Shown: positions 39,568 to 50,999 of the stretch, piece by piece
Layout: each line of letters opens with the position of its first letter
Position numbering within the stretch: position 1 is the first letter of the stretch
Origin: Octopus vulgaris
Lineage: Eukaryota
Reading direction: 5' to 3'
Assembly: GCA_951406725.2 (NCBI GenBank)
Contig: OX597816.1
Coordinates: 54,994,001 to 55,058,000, forward strand
DNA: 64,000 nucleotides
Translations under genes and position numbers: made by a program
Notes under the pieces: model-generated
What the model was told of the DNA's origin: nothing
The model's database searches: none
Seen by the model: only the letters and a program-made list of their open reading frames with translations

Positions 39568-40490
39568 ACTTCGTCTTCCGTATTAATCTTTTAAAATATA
39601 CCCCACATACAGCTCGGAATTCCGGACGTAGATCTAACGATAAATGCACAGTATCGCTTATGACACCTGATAGCCATTTATATATGAGGTGGGTGAGTTA
39701 TAATTAAAAAGAAATTTTCTTGTCTATATGCTGAGAAATAAACACTAAATAAACTTCGTCTTCCGTATTAATCTTTTAAAATATACCCCACATGCAGCTC
39801 GGAATCCCGGACGTAGATCTAACGATAAATGCACAGTATCGCTTATGACACCTGATAGCCATTTATATATGAGGTGGGTGAGTTATAATTAAAAAGAAAT
39901 TTTCTTGTCTATATGCTGAGAAATAAACACTAAATAAACTTCGTCTTCCGTATTAATCTTTTAAAATATACCCCACATGCAGCTCGGAATCCCGGACGTA
40001 GATCTAACGATAAATGCACAGTATCGCTTATGACACCTGATAGCCATTTATATATGAGGTGGGTGAGTTATAATTAAAAAGAAATTTTCTTGTCTATATG
40101 CTGAGAAATAAACACTAAATAAACTTCGTCTTCCGTATTAATCTTTTAAAATATACCCCACATGCAGCTCGGAATCCCGGACGTAGATCTAACGATAAAT
40201 GCACAGTATCGCTTATGACACCTGATAGCCATTTATATATGAGGTGGGTGAGTTATAATTAAAAAGAAATTTTCTTGTCTATATGCTGAGAAATAAACAC
40301 TAAATAAACTTCGTCTTCCGTATTAATCTTTTAAAATATACCCCACATGCAGCTCGGAATCCCGGACGTAGATCTAACGATAAATGCACAGTATCGCTTA
40401 TGACACCTGATAGCCATTTATATATGAGGTGGGTGAGTTATAATTAGAAAGAAATTTTCTTGTCTATATGCTGAGAAATAAACACTAAAT
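39568..40490 (+). repeat. 185-bp tandem repeat, 5 near-identical copies
   Basis: CTTCGTCTTCCG starts at 39569, 39754, 39939, 40124, 40309. Confidence 0.95.
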
Positions 40491-40685
40491 CATCTCACCA
40501 CGAAAAGAAGTCAAAAACACATGCATTGAATTCGACGCAACAAGCCAGCGAAAATTATTAATAAAATAGATAGCTCTAGATCTATTTTATTAATAATTTC
40601 CGTTGGCTTCCTGCGTCGAATTTAACAATGTGTTTGTGACTTCTTTCAGGGGTGAGACGATTTAGCGTCTATTTCTCAGCATATA
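40444..40685. repeat. Palindrome (centre ~40575) whose right arm is interrupted by the LINE and resumes at 42812-42837
   Basis: TATATGCTGAGAAATA..TTAATAAAATAGAT / ATCTATTTTATTAA..TATTTCTCAGCATATA. Confidence 0.85.
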
Positions 40686-42813
40686 AAAAAAACCTGTACC
40701 ACGGGAGCGAAAGATCCTGATGCGCAAAAGGTCAAGACTAAGAAACAAAAAATCTAAGCTGACATCAAAACATGAATTACAGAAAGTCCTTGACCAAATA
40801 TACAGATTAGAAGACAATCTAAAACAACACTATGATGAAGAACGTAACAATGCAGAAAAGAGAGCCATAGAAAACATCAAGAAAAATCCAAAATGTTTCT
40901 AAAGTTTTGCAAAGAAATACTCGAATACCAAGTCAACAATAGGACCTCTCCAGAGACAAAATGGGGATGTAGTGAATAACCCTATTGAAATGGCAGAAAT
41001 GTTGGGTCAACAGTATGAAAGTGTCTTCAGTGAGCCATCTAAAACCATGAAAATCCATAACCCAGGAAAATTCTTCAAGGATATCGACCATACTAAACCT
41101 ACCCTATCCGACATTGATTTCAATCCAGAAGACATAGAAAGAGCCATAGACAAGCTCTCCATGCACTCGGCTGCGGGGCCTGACGGTTTCAATGCCATGA
41201 TACTTAAAAACTGCAAGGTACAATTGTTGAAACCCCTTTATATGATATGGAGGGAATCTATGGAGAATGGCAAAATACCAAATACATATAAAGAAGCACA
41301 CATAACTCCAATACATAAAGGGGACAGCAAATCAAAACCAAAGAACTACCGACCAATCTCACTGACATCACACATTATCAAGGTCTTCGAAAGAATAGTT
41401 CGTGGAAAACTGGTTGAGTTCCTGGAATCCAACAATCTGATGAATTGCAACCAGCATGGATTCAGGTTAGGTAGATCATGTCTTTCCCAACTACTGGCAC
41501 ACCATGACCAAATCCTAGAAAATCTAGAGAATGGATACAACACAGATGTTATTTACATCGATTTTGCCAAGGCATTTGACAAGGTAGATCATGGCATCCT
41601 GGGTCACAAACTTCGAAAGCTAGGAGTAGGAGGAAAAGTTGGTACATGGATACATGAGTTCCTTACAAATAGAACTCAAACAGTCACTGTGAATGGAACC
41701 CATTCAACACCATCACCTGTGACCAGCAGTGTTCCTCAGGGTACAGTACTCGGCCCAATCCTGTTTCTCATCCTCATCTCTGACATAAATGAAGATACAA
41801 CCAGCAACGTCTCATCCTTTGCTGATGACACCAGGGTCATGAGACAAATCAAAGACGAGGTGGATACAGAGGCCTTACAAAAGGACCTGACCACCATATA
41901 TAAATGGCAGGAAACAAACAACATGTTGTTCAATGATAAGAAGTTCGAACTAATTCGCTACGGAACAGATCAAGATCTGAAAAATACAACAAACTACAGA
42001 AACCCATCAGGACAACAAATAATGGAAAAACAGTATGTGAAAGATTTAGGCATCCACATGGGAACCAACCTAAAATTCAGAGAACACCTTGACTCAGTCT
42101 GTCTTACTGCAAGAAAGTACAGCGGGTGGATCTTGCGCACCTTCAAATCAAGAGATACCTCAACAATGAAAACCCTCTGGAACAGTATGATACTTCCGAG
42201 GATTGACTACTGTTCTCAGTTGTGGTCACCAACAACAAAGGGCCAACTATCTAAGATGGAATCGCTCCAAAGAAATTTTACCTCATACTTCTCAGAAACG
42301 AGGGACCTGGACTATTGGCAAAGACTCAAAACCTTGAGGATGTACTCAATAGAAAGAAGATTTGAGCGATACCGAATTATATACATTTGGAAAATGATAG
42401 AGCAAAAGGTGCCTAACTTTGGTATCAAAACCTACCACTCACTGCGCCACGGAAGACGCTGCCAGCTACCACCAATCAACAAAAAGGCTGGCCAGGCAGC
42501 AAAAACCCTGCGAGAATCAAGTCTGTTGGTTCGAGGAGCACAACTATTCAACTCCATTCCGGTACATGTCAGAAATCTATCAGGATGCAGTGTGGATTCA
42601 TTCAAATTGCAGCTGGATAGATACTTAAGCACCATTAGAGATGAACCCCATCTCCCAGGATATACACAACGTGCACAAACTGACTCAAACTCGCTCCTAC
42701 ACATGTCAAAATTAAACAGAGAATACAACCTGGCAACCACACCAGACTCTGAGGGTGGAGTCTTCGACTTGGCCTGAGCATGGACTCAAACTCAAATGAA
42801 ATGAAAATGAAAT
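40686..42813 (+). mobile_element. Young 5'-truncated CR1/Jockey-group LINE, antisense in a gene A intron
   Basis: Only one in-frame stop (40900-40902) over ~2.1 kb; (AAATG)n-type tail 42794-42813; ATATA at both junctions. Confidence 0.92.
40972..42777 (+). CDS. Reverse transcriptase ORF2 remnant of the LINE (no endonuclease domain)
   Basis: NYRPISLTS, QHGFR, DFAKAFDKVDH, VPQGTVLGP, FADD, KDLGI motifs; 601 aa. Confidence 0.9.
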   Translation: MNNPIEMAEMLGQQYESVFSEPSKTMKIHNPGKFFKDIDHTKPTLSDIDFNPEDIERAIDKLSMHSAAGPDGFNAMILKNCKVQLLKPLYMIWRESMENGKIPNTYKEAHITPIHKGDSKSKPKNYRPISLTSHIIKVFERIVRGKLVEFLESNNLMNCNQHGFRLGRSCLSQLLAHHDQILENLENGYNTDVIYIDFAKAFDKVDHGILGHKLRKLGVGGKVGTWIHEFLTNRTQTVTVNGTHSTPSPVTSSVPQGTVLGPILFLILISDINEDTTSNVSSFADDTRVMRQIKDEVDTEALQKDLTTIYKWQETNNMLFNDKKFELIRYGTDQDLKNTTNYRNPSGQQIMEKQYVKDLGIHMGTNLKFREHLDSVCLTARKYSGWILRTFKSRDTSTMKTLWNSMILPRIDYCSQLWSPTTKGQLSKMESLQRNFTSYFSETRDLDYWQRLKTLRMYSIERRFERYRIIYIWKMIEQKVPNFGIKTYHSLRHGRRCQLPPINKKAGQAAKTLRESSLLVRGAQLFNSIPVHVRNLSGCSVDSFKLQLDRYLSTIRDEPHLPGYTQRAQTDSNSLLHMSKLNREYNLATTPDSEGGVFDLA

Positions 42814-43352
42814 ATAGACTAGAAAATTTCTTTCTAAGCCCTTATTGTAATTATACATTTAATTTCACATTAATCGGTCTTCCTTTTGTATGCTGGCAAC
42901 TGATAACATTGCTTTAAAAAAGTTTTATATATATATACGCCATGATAGATCGTTAGCCACTACACACATTTTTTCTCTCCTTGTTTTCTGTGTCCCTTTC
43001 TGTAGAAGAGCGTAGGCTCGAAACGTAAAATACTTTTTCTATTCCTGAGCGTTATACTAATACATCTGTTTGTTTTGTACACCGCCTGTCTTCGTCTTTT
43101 GCTTTTTTCGTCGTGGCATCGTCCGTTTTTCTGTCCCTGTTTCGTATACATTCGATCCTTCTTCCAAGAAATCTAATGCTCGTAGCTTAGTTTTTCCTTG
43201 GGGCTGGCCGGATCGGAGCGATCTCAAGACTAATCAGCCGAAATTGCTACGATGATCCGGTTCTTGACTGAAAATTGAAAGCTTCAAATGTCCCGTCCGT
43301 GTTTTTTGTATCGCCTTAATGTTTTACGTTCTTGTCCCAGTTTGTATTTTTC

Positions 43353-43423
<71 letters not shown>

Positions 43424-44680
43424 TTTATAATGAAGGAGAATACAGATTTATATCCGGTTTTATTCAGCAGTTAATTTCTTCTTTTCGTTTCTGCACCTAC
43501 ACAAGTTTCTGCAGTATGTAATTAATGCACACTTCAAAATTTGCAAATTTCTGTGCATTTATTGTTAGTTGCCATTTATGCAGGTTAGGATCAATCACAT
43601 TGTTCAGATAGAATCTAAATTAAATACAAATCCTGCCGAAATACACGTGGTGCTGTCATTATTTCAAAAATAGCTTAGACCGTCACCTTTTCAACTCTGC
43701 TGGTTAAAAACAAAATGACTAGCTGTCCAAGAGATTTCAGTATTTTGCAGACATAGACCATCCGTAAGTGGTGAGTGGTAGTACTAATGCTTAGTATCAA
43801 GTTACCTTAAGAATGTTTTTTAATGTTAGGATCATTCCTCTCCGCAGTATTGCTACTTCTACTACTCTTATTATTATTGTTGATAATGTTAGTAATGAAC
43901 TATAAGCCCATTATTTAATTTGCTGATTTTATAATTAAATTAAATTTATTTGAATTTAAGGATATCGTTAATTTCGTTCCCAAATTGTTCTGTAATCCCT
44001 AGAATAAGGTCAATTTATTTAGGAATCTATATTAATTACCCTCTCGACTTGCTATTGTTACTTGATTTCAGTTCTAATTTTAATATTATAGCTTATGCAA
44101 TCATTCAAATTCATGAAACGCATGTTTAGCTTGGGGAATACAACGTCATGCGCTCTTACATCTATGATTAATTAATTTGAACTTTTAAGTAAGAATTTGG
44201 TAAATTTCTCCTGCAAACAATTCACACCATTTGCCTCCTCCGCTATATGGTTTGGCTCTACGAATTATTGTTATTTGTATTCTTTATTTATTATCTTTTC
44301 AGGATCAAATTAGTTTATTTAAAATAGTGTATGTTTCTTAATTTTGCGGCCTCTAAATGCGTTATCGCCTTTGGCAATTCTTTTTATGTATGTTTCGCTA
44401 GCACCGATGAAATGAAATACTGATCTTCTGAGATATTCTAGCATCTGTACACTATTTCTTTATTTTTAAAGTTAGGCTCAGAGGGACATAGTCTATTTAT
44501 TGCGCAATTACAATTTTTATCTGTAGCTCTAGTTTTATATCTTGTTTTCTTTCATGATTATTACTTTTGCGCTTTCTGCCCTTTTTATCTTCTAATTTAC
44601 ATTCTGTTTCCGATTTTAGTTTCGCTTTCCAATATGTTATTATGTTATTATGTAATTTGGGTTATCATTCACAACGTCTC

Positions 44681-44732
<52 letters not shown>

Positions 44733-44910
44733 ATATTTTGACTTCTACTCTGTATTTCTACAAGTTGACTCCATCAAGTCTCACCCAGAGACCTCAAAAG
44801 ACAAGTTAGAAGTTCATGTTAGTGTTATGCCTAGGGTGTCATTTATTTGGTTTTGCACATAGTATTGGTCTAGAGAATGTTTAAGAAAACATAAGAATAT
44901 AATAAGTTTG

Positions 44911-44914
<4 letters not shown>

Positions 44915-44950
<36 letters not shown>

Positions 44951-46230
44951 TTATTGTCTTTGAACAGCTTTTAACGCTGGAGATTACTACGGTATCATCT
45001 GTTCACTACCAGTGAACTAAGGTAACACCCCTTATTTTTCGAGCACCATCTGGAGTATTCGAACAGTTCCAAGCAGTGCAACTACTCCACCCTTATGGCA
45101 TCCCCTATTTGTTCCATGTACGTCTCAAGATTTTTACTCACTGTTCCCAGGGCTCCGACAATTATTGGTACTACTACCACCTTTTTCAGCGACCACAACT
45201 GCTTAACCTCCCAAGCTGACCTGTTATATCTATCGACTTTTCTTTATTCTTTATCGCATACCTTGTTGTCAGCTGGGCATGCTGTATCTATGATCCAGCA
45301 TCGTTTGCTTTTTTTCTCAACTAATACTATGTCTAGTTTCCTATTCTCTATCTCATGGTCGCACTGAATCATAAAATCCAGTAGAATCTTTGCATTATCA
45401 TTTTTGATGATGCCTTCGGTTTATGTTCGTACAACTTTTTTGCTCTGTCAAATGCATACCTGTTGTAAAGTGTCCAATGGACAAGCCTAGCTATATTGTC
45501 ATGACATCACTCGTATTCTTTCTGGGCTAGTGGCGTACATTGACTGATAATATGCCATACGGCTTCACCATTTGGTCCACAAATTCTGCATTTATCACTT
45601 TCTGCTGCGTTGTCTACTCTGTATTTGATCTAATTGGTTCTTAATGCTTGTTGTTGCGAAGCATAGATTAGAGCCTCCGTTTCCGGTTTTAAATCACCTT
45701 GTCCACAAATTCTGCACTTAGCACTTTATGGAGTTTTCTCTACTTTGTATTTGATGTAATTGGTTCTTAATGCTTGCTCTTGGACAACACCGATTAGAAC
45801 CTCCGTTTCCAGTTTTAAATCCTTTTTAGTTATCCATAGCCACCTTTTCTCTCTGTCTGTCTCATCTTCAACATCTCTCTGAAATTGACCATGCATTCTT
45901 TTCTTTACCCACCTATTTTCAGTTTCATTCATTCTCAAGTGCTTATACAGTGCTTTATCTTTGCAATCTTCCATCCTACGCAAGCCTGACCTTCTTCCAG
46001 TAATAGTGATTCTGTGAAATTTTTTACAGTTATATTATTTTTTCTAATGCTGTGTTCGCAACCAATTAGTCCTCTTCTCCCTCGTTTTCTTGGTGCATAC
46101 AGTTTGCCTGTGTCACTAATTGGGTGGATTATCCCATATCTTGTCAGCAACTTCCTTGTCTTTCTCTCAAAGCTATCTAGTACGTCTTCTGTCCATGCGA
46201 TTACCCGTGCATGGAAAAATAACTCTCAAA
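44915..46230 (-). mobile_element. RLE (R4/Dong-like) LINE fragment, same family as 32050-34105, inverted
   Basis: NETENRWVKKRMHGQFQRDVEDETDREKRW vs NETENKWVKKIMHGQFHRDVEDKIDREKRW; (TAA)n tail. Confidence 0.85.
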
Positions 46231-46259
46231 CACTGGGATGTCTACAATTTCCTGTGAGT

Positions 46260-47850
46260 ATCTAAAATTTCCTTCAATATGACTGAAAGCTTGGGGAGGG
46301 GAGGTAGTGGATAATCTTCATGTAATACAGCACAGACATTTAAATGGACAGGGTTTTTCTAAGGATATAGGTAGCACTTGTCAGCACAATCTTTTGGATT
46401 TCTCTGAGACATGGTTCTTCTGGGATCTTATCTAGATGATTCTGACATCCCTTTTTTATCATACCTAGGGCACCAACAATAACAGGAACAGTTTTCACAT
46501 CTTTTGTATTTCAATTTCCAGGTCCTTAAATTTACTTAGTTTTCCAAATTCCTTGACAGATATTTTTATCAGTGGGAATACTTACATCTACAAGTGTACA
46601 AGTCTTTCCTTCCTTGTCTTTAATAATTATATCTGGTCGATTAGCCTGGATCGTTCTGCCAGTGTTGACTTGAAAACCCCAGAGGATTGTGAAATTTTTA
46701 TCTTCAACGACTGGCTCAGGATGTTCATACCAGTAAATTATGTTCATACTAGTAAGCAGGAGTGCTGATTTTGTAGTGTTTACACATTTTCCAATGTGAA
46801 TACTCTTCTACCCTATAGTAAGGATTTTTATATTCGTTTGGTGCCAGCACAGAACATCCCCAAACGAGATAGTCTGTTGTTTCGTCAAATGTATCGCAGA
46901 ATCTGCATTTTGGGTCAGAACCGTTTTGAAGAACGTTAGCCTGGTAGATTTTTTTTGTGAGCAAGTTTTGGTCTTGTGCCACCAATATGAAACCTTCAGT
47001 CTCTGATTTCAGTTCTGAACTTCTCAGCCACTGATAGGTTGTTGCTTGATCTACATCATCATTTTGAGTTCGAAGTATATACTATCCAAGCAGAAGCTTC
47101 TGGCTCCATCGCTCCTCAATTTGTTTCTGCTTGTTCTTTTTTGCAGTCTGCTTGATCCATTTTTGTGGCAGTGGTTTCAGGTTCTTAAAATATTTCAGGA
47201 TTAATGTCAAGTTCCCTTGCGAATTTTCAAGCTTCCTTGACAATAGAATGTGATTTTACGCTGCTTTCGTGTTTGCACACAAGTTGCAGCGTACAGTGCT
47301 CTGTACTAGATAAATACCTGTTCAGTGATATTGTGAAGGTCTTATAGCACAGTTCTACCTACATCATTCCACTTCGTCCATTACTTCTAGCTAGGTACAG
47401 CCGATCAACATCTGCTTTTGGGAGGTGCATGTTCTTAGAAGTTAGTAGTTTTCTTGTCTTCCTGTCTAGGTGTTGGGGCTCTGTAAGATTCCAGTTAATG
47501 ATGTTAAAACTATATTGGACTATTTGAAGTGTCAGGGTGTTAATGGCTTCAATGCGATTTTTGGAGTTGAATTCAATTTTTAGTATGAGTCATACTCTCC
47601 TGTAATACTCCTTTCATATTATTTTATTTCATAGTAGCATGTTGTATACCTTCTCCTCCGTTTATCTCCAGGTATTTAAAAATTTTCTTGGGGGTCAAGT
47701 TCCTTGGTGGTAATGCTGGCATCTAATTTAATGGAAGCTGTTTGCCTGAACTTGCCTCTTACCAAAGTTGCTTCAGTACACTTATCAAGGCCAAAGTTCA
47801 TTCCAATGTCATTGTTGAATTCTTTAACAGTTCTAAACTTAGATTTGTGT
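46260..47850 (-). mobile_element. RLE-type LINE fragment (different family)
   Basis: DIGMNFGLDKC, AQDQ.L.T, CRFC...ET..Y, ANRPDIII. Confidence 0.8.
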
Positions 47851-47869
47851 CCCTTAATGTTAATTCTAG

Positions 47870-48320
47870 GCATTCTCAGTTTATAAGGTTCTGGTTTGTC
47901 TGCTATCTCATATTTTCCATTATGCCTGTGGCTATTAAGTTTATTCTCCTTAGGTTGTTGCTGTTTGTTACTTTATAGTTCTTAGTTATTTCATTCTTAA
48001 GAAGGGAAGTGCATGAAGTAAGAAATGCTTAAATTATATAGGTTATCCGTTTTATCTGCATGCACCAGTCCTCCATTCTTATTCCTTAGTTCTTTGGTAA
48101 TTACATGTAATTTCCTTAAATGTTCATTCCCACATACTGGGAATTTCTTAAATTTAATATTCTTGACTATACACCACAGTCCATCCCCAGATGCCATCAA
48201 TTACTGGCTTGGTGGTGGGTATTTCCTCATTTTATAAATCCTCTGTATCTGTGGAGTTTCTTCACTGATGCGATGATTGGAGTTTCATTCTTCTTATCAA
48301 AGAAGTAAGCTCTCCACCTC
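47870..48320 (-). mobile_element. Possible Penelope-like RT N-terminal fragment
   Basis: WRAYFF, KNIKFKK, ADKTDNLY motifs. Confidence 0.5.
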
Positions 48321-48349
48321 CATATATACATACATACATACATACATAC

Positions 48350-48420
<71 letters not shown>

Positions 48421-48572
48421 TAAGGGCTCCTAAAGGGCTCTTAATTTAGGAGCCCTTAATTGTATAACTACATGAATAATATTTTTCTATATGAATAATA
48501 TTTTTGTCTTATGACTAATTCGTCTTTTGTGCTGGGCACCTGGTAGTAAATAATATTACTACCCTTCTTGTT

Positions 48573-48606
<34 letters not shown>

Positions 48607-48667
48607 AATTAAATCAAAAACAGAACACAAAGGATGTCGCGGTACACGTGTTTCAAGCTTTATAAAC

Positions 48668-48721
<54 letters not shown>

Positions 48722-48976
48722 CATACATATACATGTGTGTGAATATTGGTTGGCAGTTTATCGCTTTCTGCTGCCACTCATCAAATTTTGACGCAGTGGT
48801 ATGTGAGATCTATGGAGTGTAATTTCAAATTGTAGTAACTGGATTTCAACGGGTAGTTACTGGATTTCTGGTATTGATATCCATTAATATTAACCTCATT
48901 CAGCTGTTATTCAAAATATCCACTTCAGACAAAGACAAATATAGAATTATGGAATGAAAATGTGAAATTATCTTAC

Positions 48977-49067
48977 CGTATAGTTCGGCATATCTATGTT
49001 CTCTGTACATTGCAAATACAAAGGTGACATATCAAAAGCTCTTACAAGTGTAGTACTACGTTTAAAC
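48977..49067 (-). CDS. Gene A exon carrying the catalytic loop
   Basis: ttttag|(W)FKRSTTLVRAFDMSPLYLQCTENIDMPNYT|gtaaga; 91 nt, phase 2 to 0; PLYL keeps the Tyr332 equivalent. Confidence 0.9.
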
Positions 49068-50111
49068 CTAAAACAAAAATCAGTAAATTATATTCTACTC
49101 AACGCATGAAATATTCTAAATCTCATTTATTTAATACTTCCGAATATAGTTGTTATTCATACACTTCTTCATATTTTACACTTTTTCTATATCTTACACT
49201 TTTTGGATGTAATGAGGTAAATAGCGCAGCAATGATGTCTAGAAACTGGAAGACTATCGAACTGGAATTGTTCCCCATAGCTTGGTTCATAGCCGAACAT
49301 TATTCGCCCGGTAACCTCATTGCGGTAGTGCGGAAAAGCAATGTAATTACCATAACAATGGCGCAAATAGAGCAGAAAAAGATTGAATTTATCTGCTCCT
49401 CTGCACTTATTAGGCAACACTTTGACAAACGCGAAACCGTTTTTAAAAACTGGCGATTTTCCATGTGAAACACCTGACACAATTCTGGCATCTCACGGGG
49501 TAAACCTGATAAGGAAGGTAACAACAGCAACAAGACAACTATCGACAAGGAAATTCATATGCATAGAGATGCAAATATTGAATAAGTAAATGAAAAAAAA
49601 ACTTCCTAAGAGAAGCAGCCCCAACACCACCTCTCAAAGTAGCAGAAAAGGAAAAGTAACCAGCTGTCAAAGATAAAAAGAAAACTGCAGGAAGAACAGC
49701 AAAAGAAAGATCCAATGTAAAAGGTGTCTGCTAGCATGGAGAGATGGGGACAAACTACTGCTTTGTGCATCCAAGGCTCAGGTAGAATGGAACCCACAGT
49801 AAAAACCACTCTTCACTCAGCTAACAAGACAGAATAAAATCACGCCAAGAGCGATTCATATCCGAAGACACACCTGCAAAGAATACCACAAAATCTGTGT
49901 GCAGATACAGTGCGAGCTGCAATATTACAACAGCAAATTGTTTTAAGTTTATCAGAAAAGACTGCACAGTGGCTGACAAGGCTGAAAACAAAACAAAGCC
50001 ATGCACGTTCAAACACAGGACCGTTACAAATAATAACGACTTGTAGGTATGCGGTATTTCGTCATGCAACCATAACACAATATAAATCATATTAACGTTT
50101 TTATAAGTCAA

Positions 50112-50432
50112 CTAGCACTATGATCCAGCAACGCCGGGTCATAGTGCTAGTGCATGCATATACAACTGCGTGCGTGCGCACATACACGCGAGTACTGTCC
50201 AAATCTCCGACCAATCACATACAGTTAGCTGGCATTCAATTGGCGTATAAAGTTTCAGGCATTTTGATTGGGTTTTGGATAGAAAATTCACAAGAGTAAC
50301 TTCTATTGATTTTTTAATGGCTTTGCGGGGTGACTGGGGAAATGTAAAGATATGCACGACCACCCTTGGGCGGTTTTGAATAACCATAGAAAGTGCGAGC
50401 CCTCTAACTGAAATATTGTGGATTTGTATAAA

Positions 50433-50476
<44 letters not shown>

Positions 50477-50497
50477 TTTGCCGTTTATATATATAGA
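50112..50497 (-). mobile_element. Non-autonomous Helitron
   Basis: A|TCTATATATATAAA...(TG)n...GC-rich hairpin GACCCGGCGTTGCTGGATC..CTAG|T; inserted between A and T, no TSD. Confidence 0.8.
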
Positions 50498-50498
50498 T

Positions 50499-50925
50499 GC
50501 CGCGTTCTACTGTGCGCTTTTTCATGCCTTGTTAACGTTATCTCTACAGTTATTCTAGAGAAACTGCAGCCAGAACTGATGTTTTTTTTACTAAGTTTCG
50601 TATCAAGACGTCAGATGTAAACAAACAATGAGATCGAAACCTTTCATCATCCTCGAACACATTTGCTTAAATAGCCACAATATATACCAGTGGCTAGTTA
50701 CTGGATTTATCAGTTTTACATATTAAACTCATTCCCGGAAGATGGTGCGTAAATACTAATGACTTTTTCATGTTCGATCTCATTATTTGTTTACATCTAA
50801 CATCTCGGATACGAAACGTTGTAACGAAAATCAATGCTGGCAAGAGATTCTATAGAATATCTACAGAGAAAAGCCTTACCAAGTAATGTAAAACGCACTG
50901 CTGCTAACACAGTAGAATACGGTAT
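50499..50925. mobile_element. MITE-like element with long imperfect TIRs
   Basis: AGATGTAAACAAACAATGAGATCGAA / TTCGATCTCATTATTTGTTTACATCT; outer TTCTACTGTG / CACAGTAGAA. Confidence 0.65.
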
Positions 50926-50999
50926 TAACCTATAAAACCGTTTAATATACGTTATAGTATGGTTGTATAACGAAATACCACGTGCCTATAAGGCATTAA

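Noticed and set aside
39568-40490. Regular repeats as a CRISPR array (also 18089-18389, 26000-26670, 29260-30010)
   Set aside because: Units are contiguous with no unique spacers, there are no cas genes, and the context is a eukaryotic intron
40972-42777. 601-aa ORF as a domesticated RT gene
   Set aside because: 5'-truncated, upstream in-frame stop, repeat tail and TSD indicate an ordinary recent LINE insertion
49106-50100. Short ORFs of 60-120 aa as a nested gene
   Set aside because: No recognisable domain or consistent splice structure; probably decayed repeat sequence
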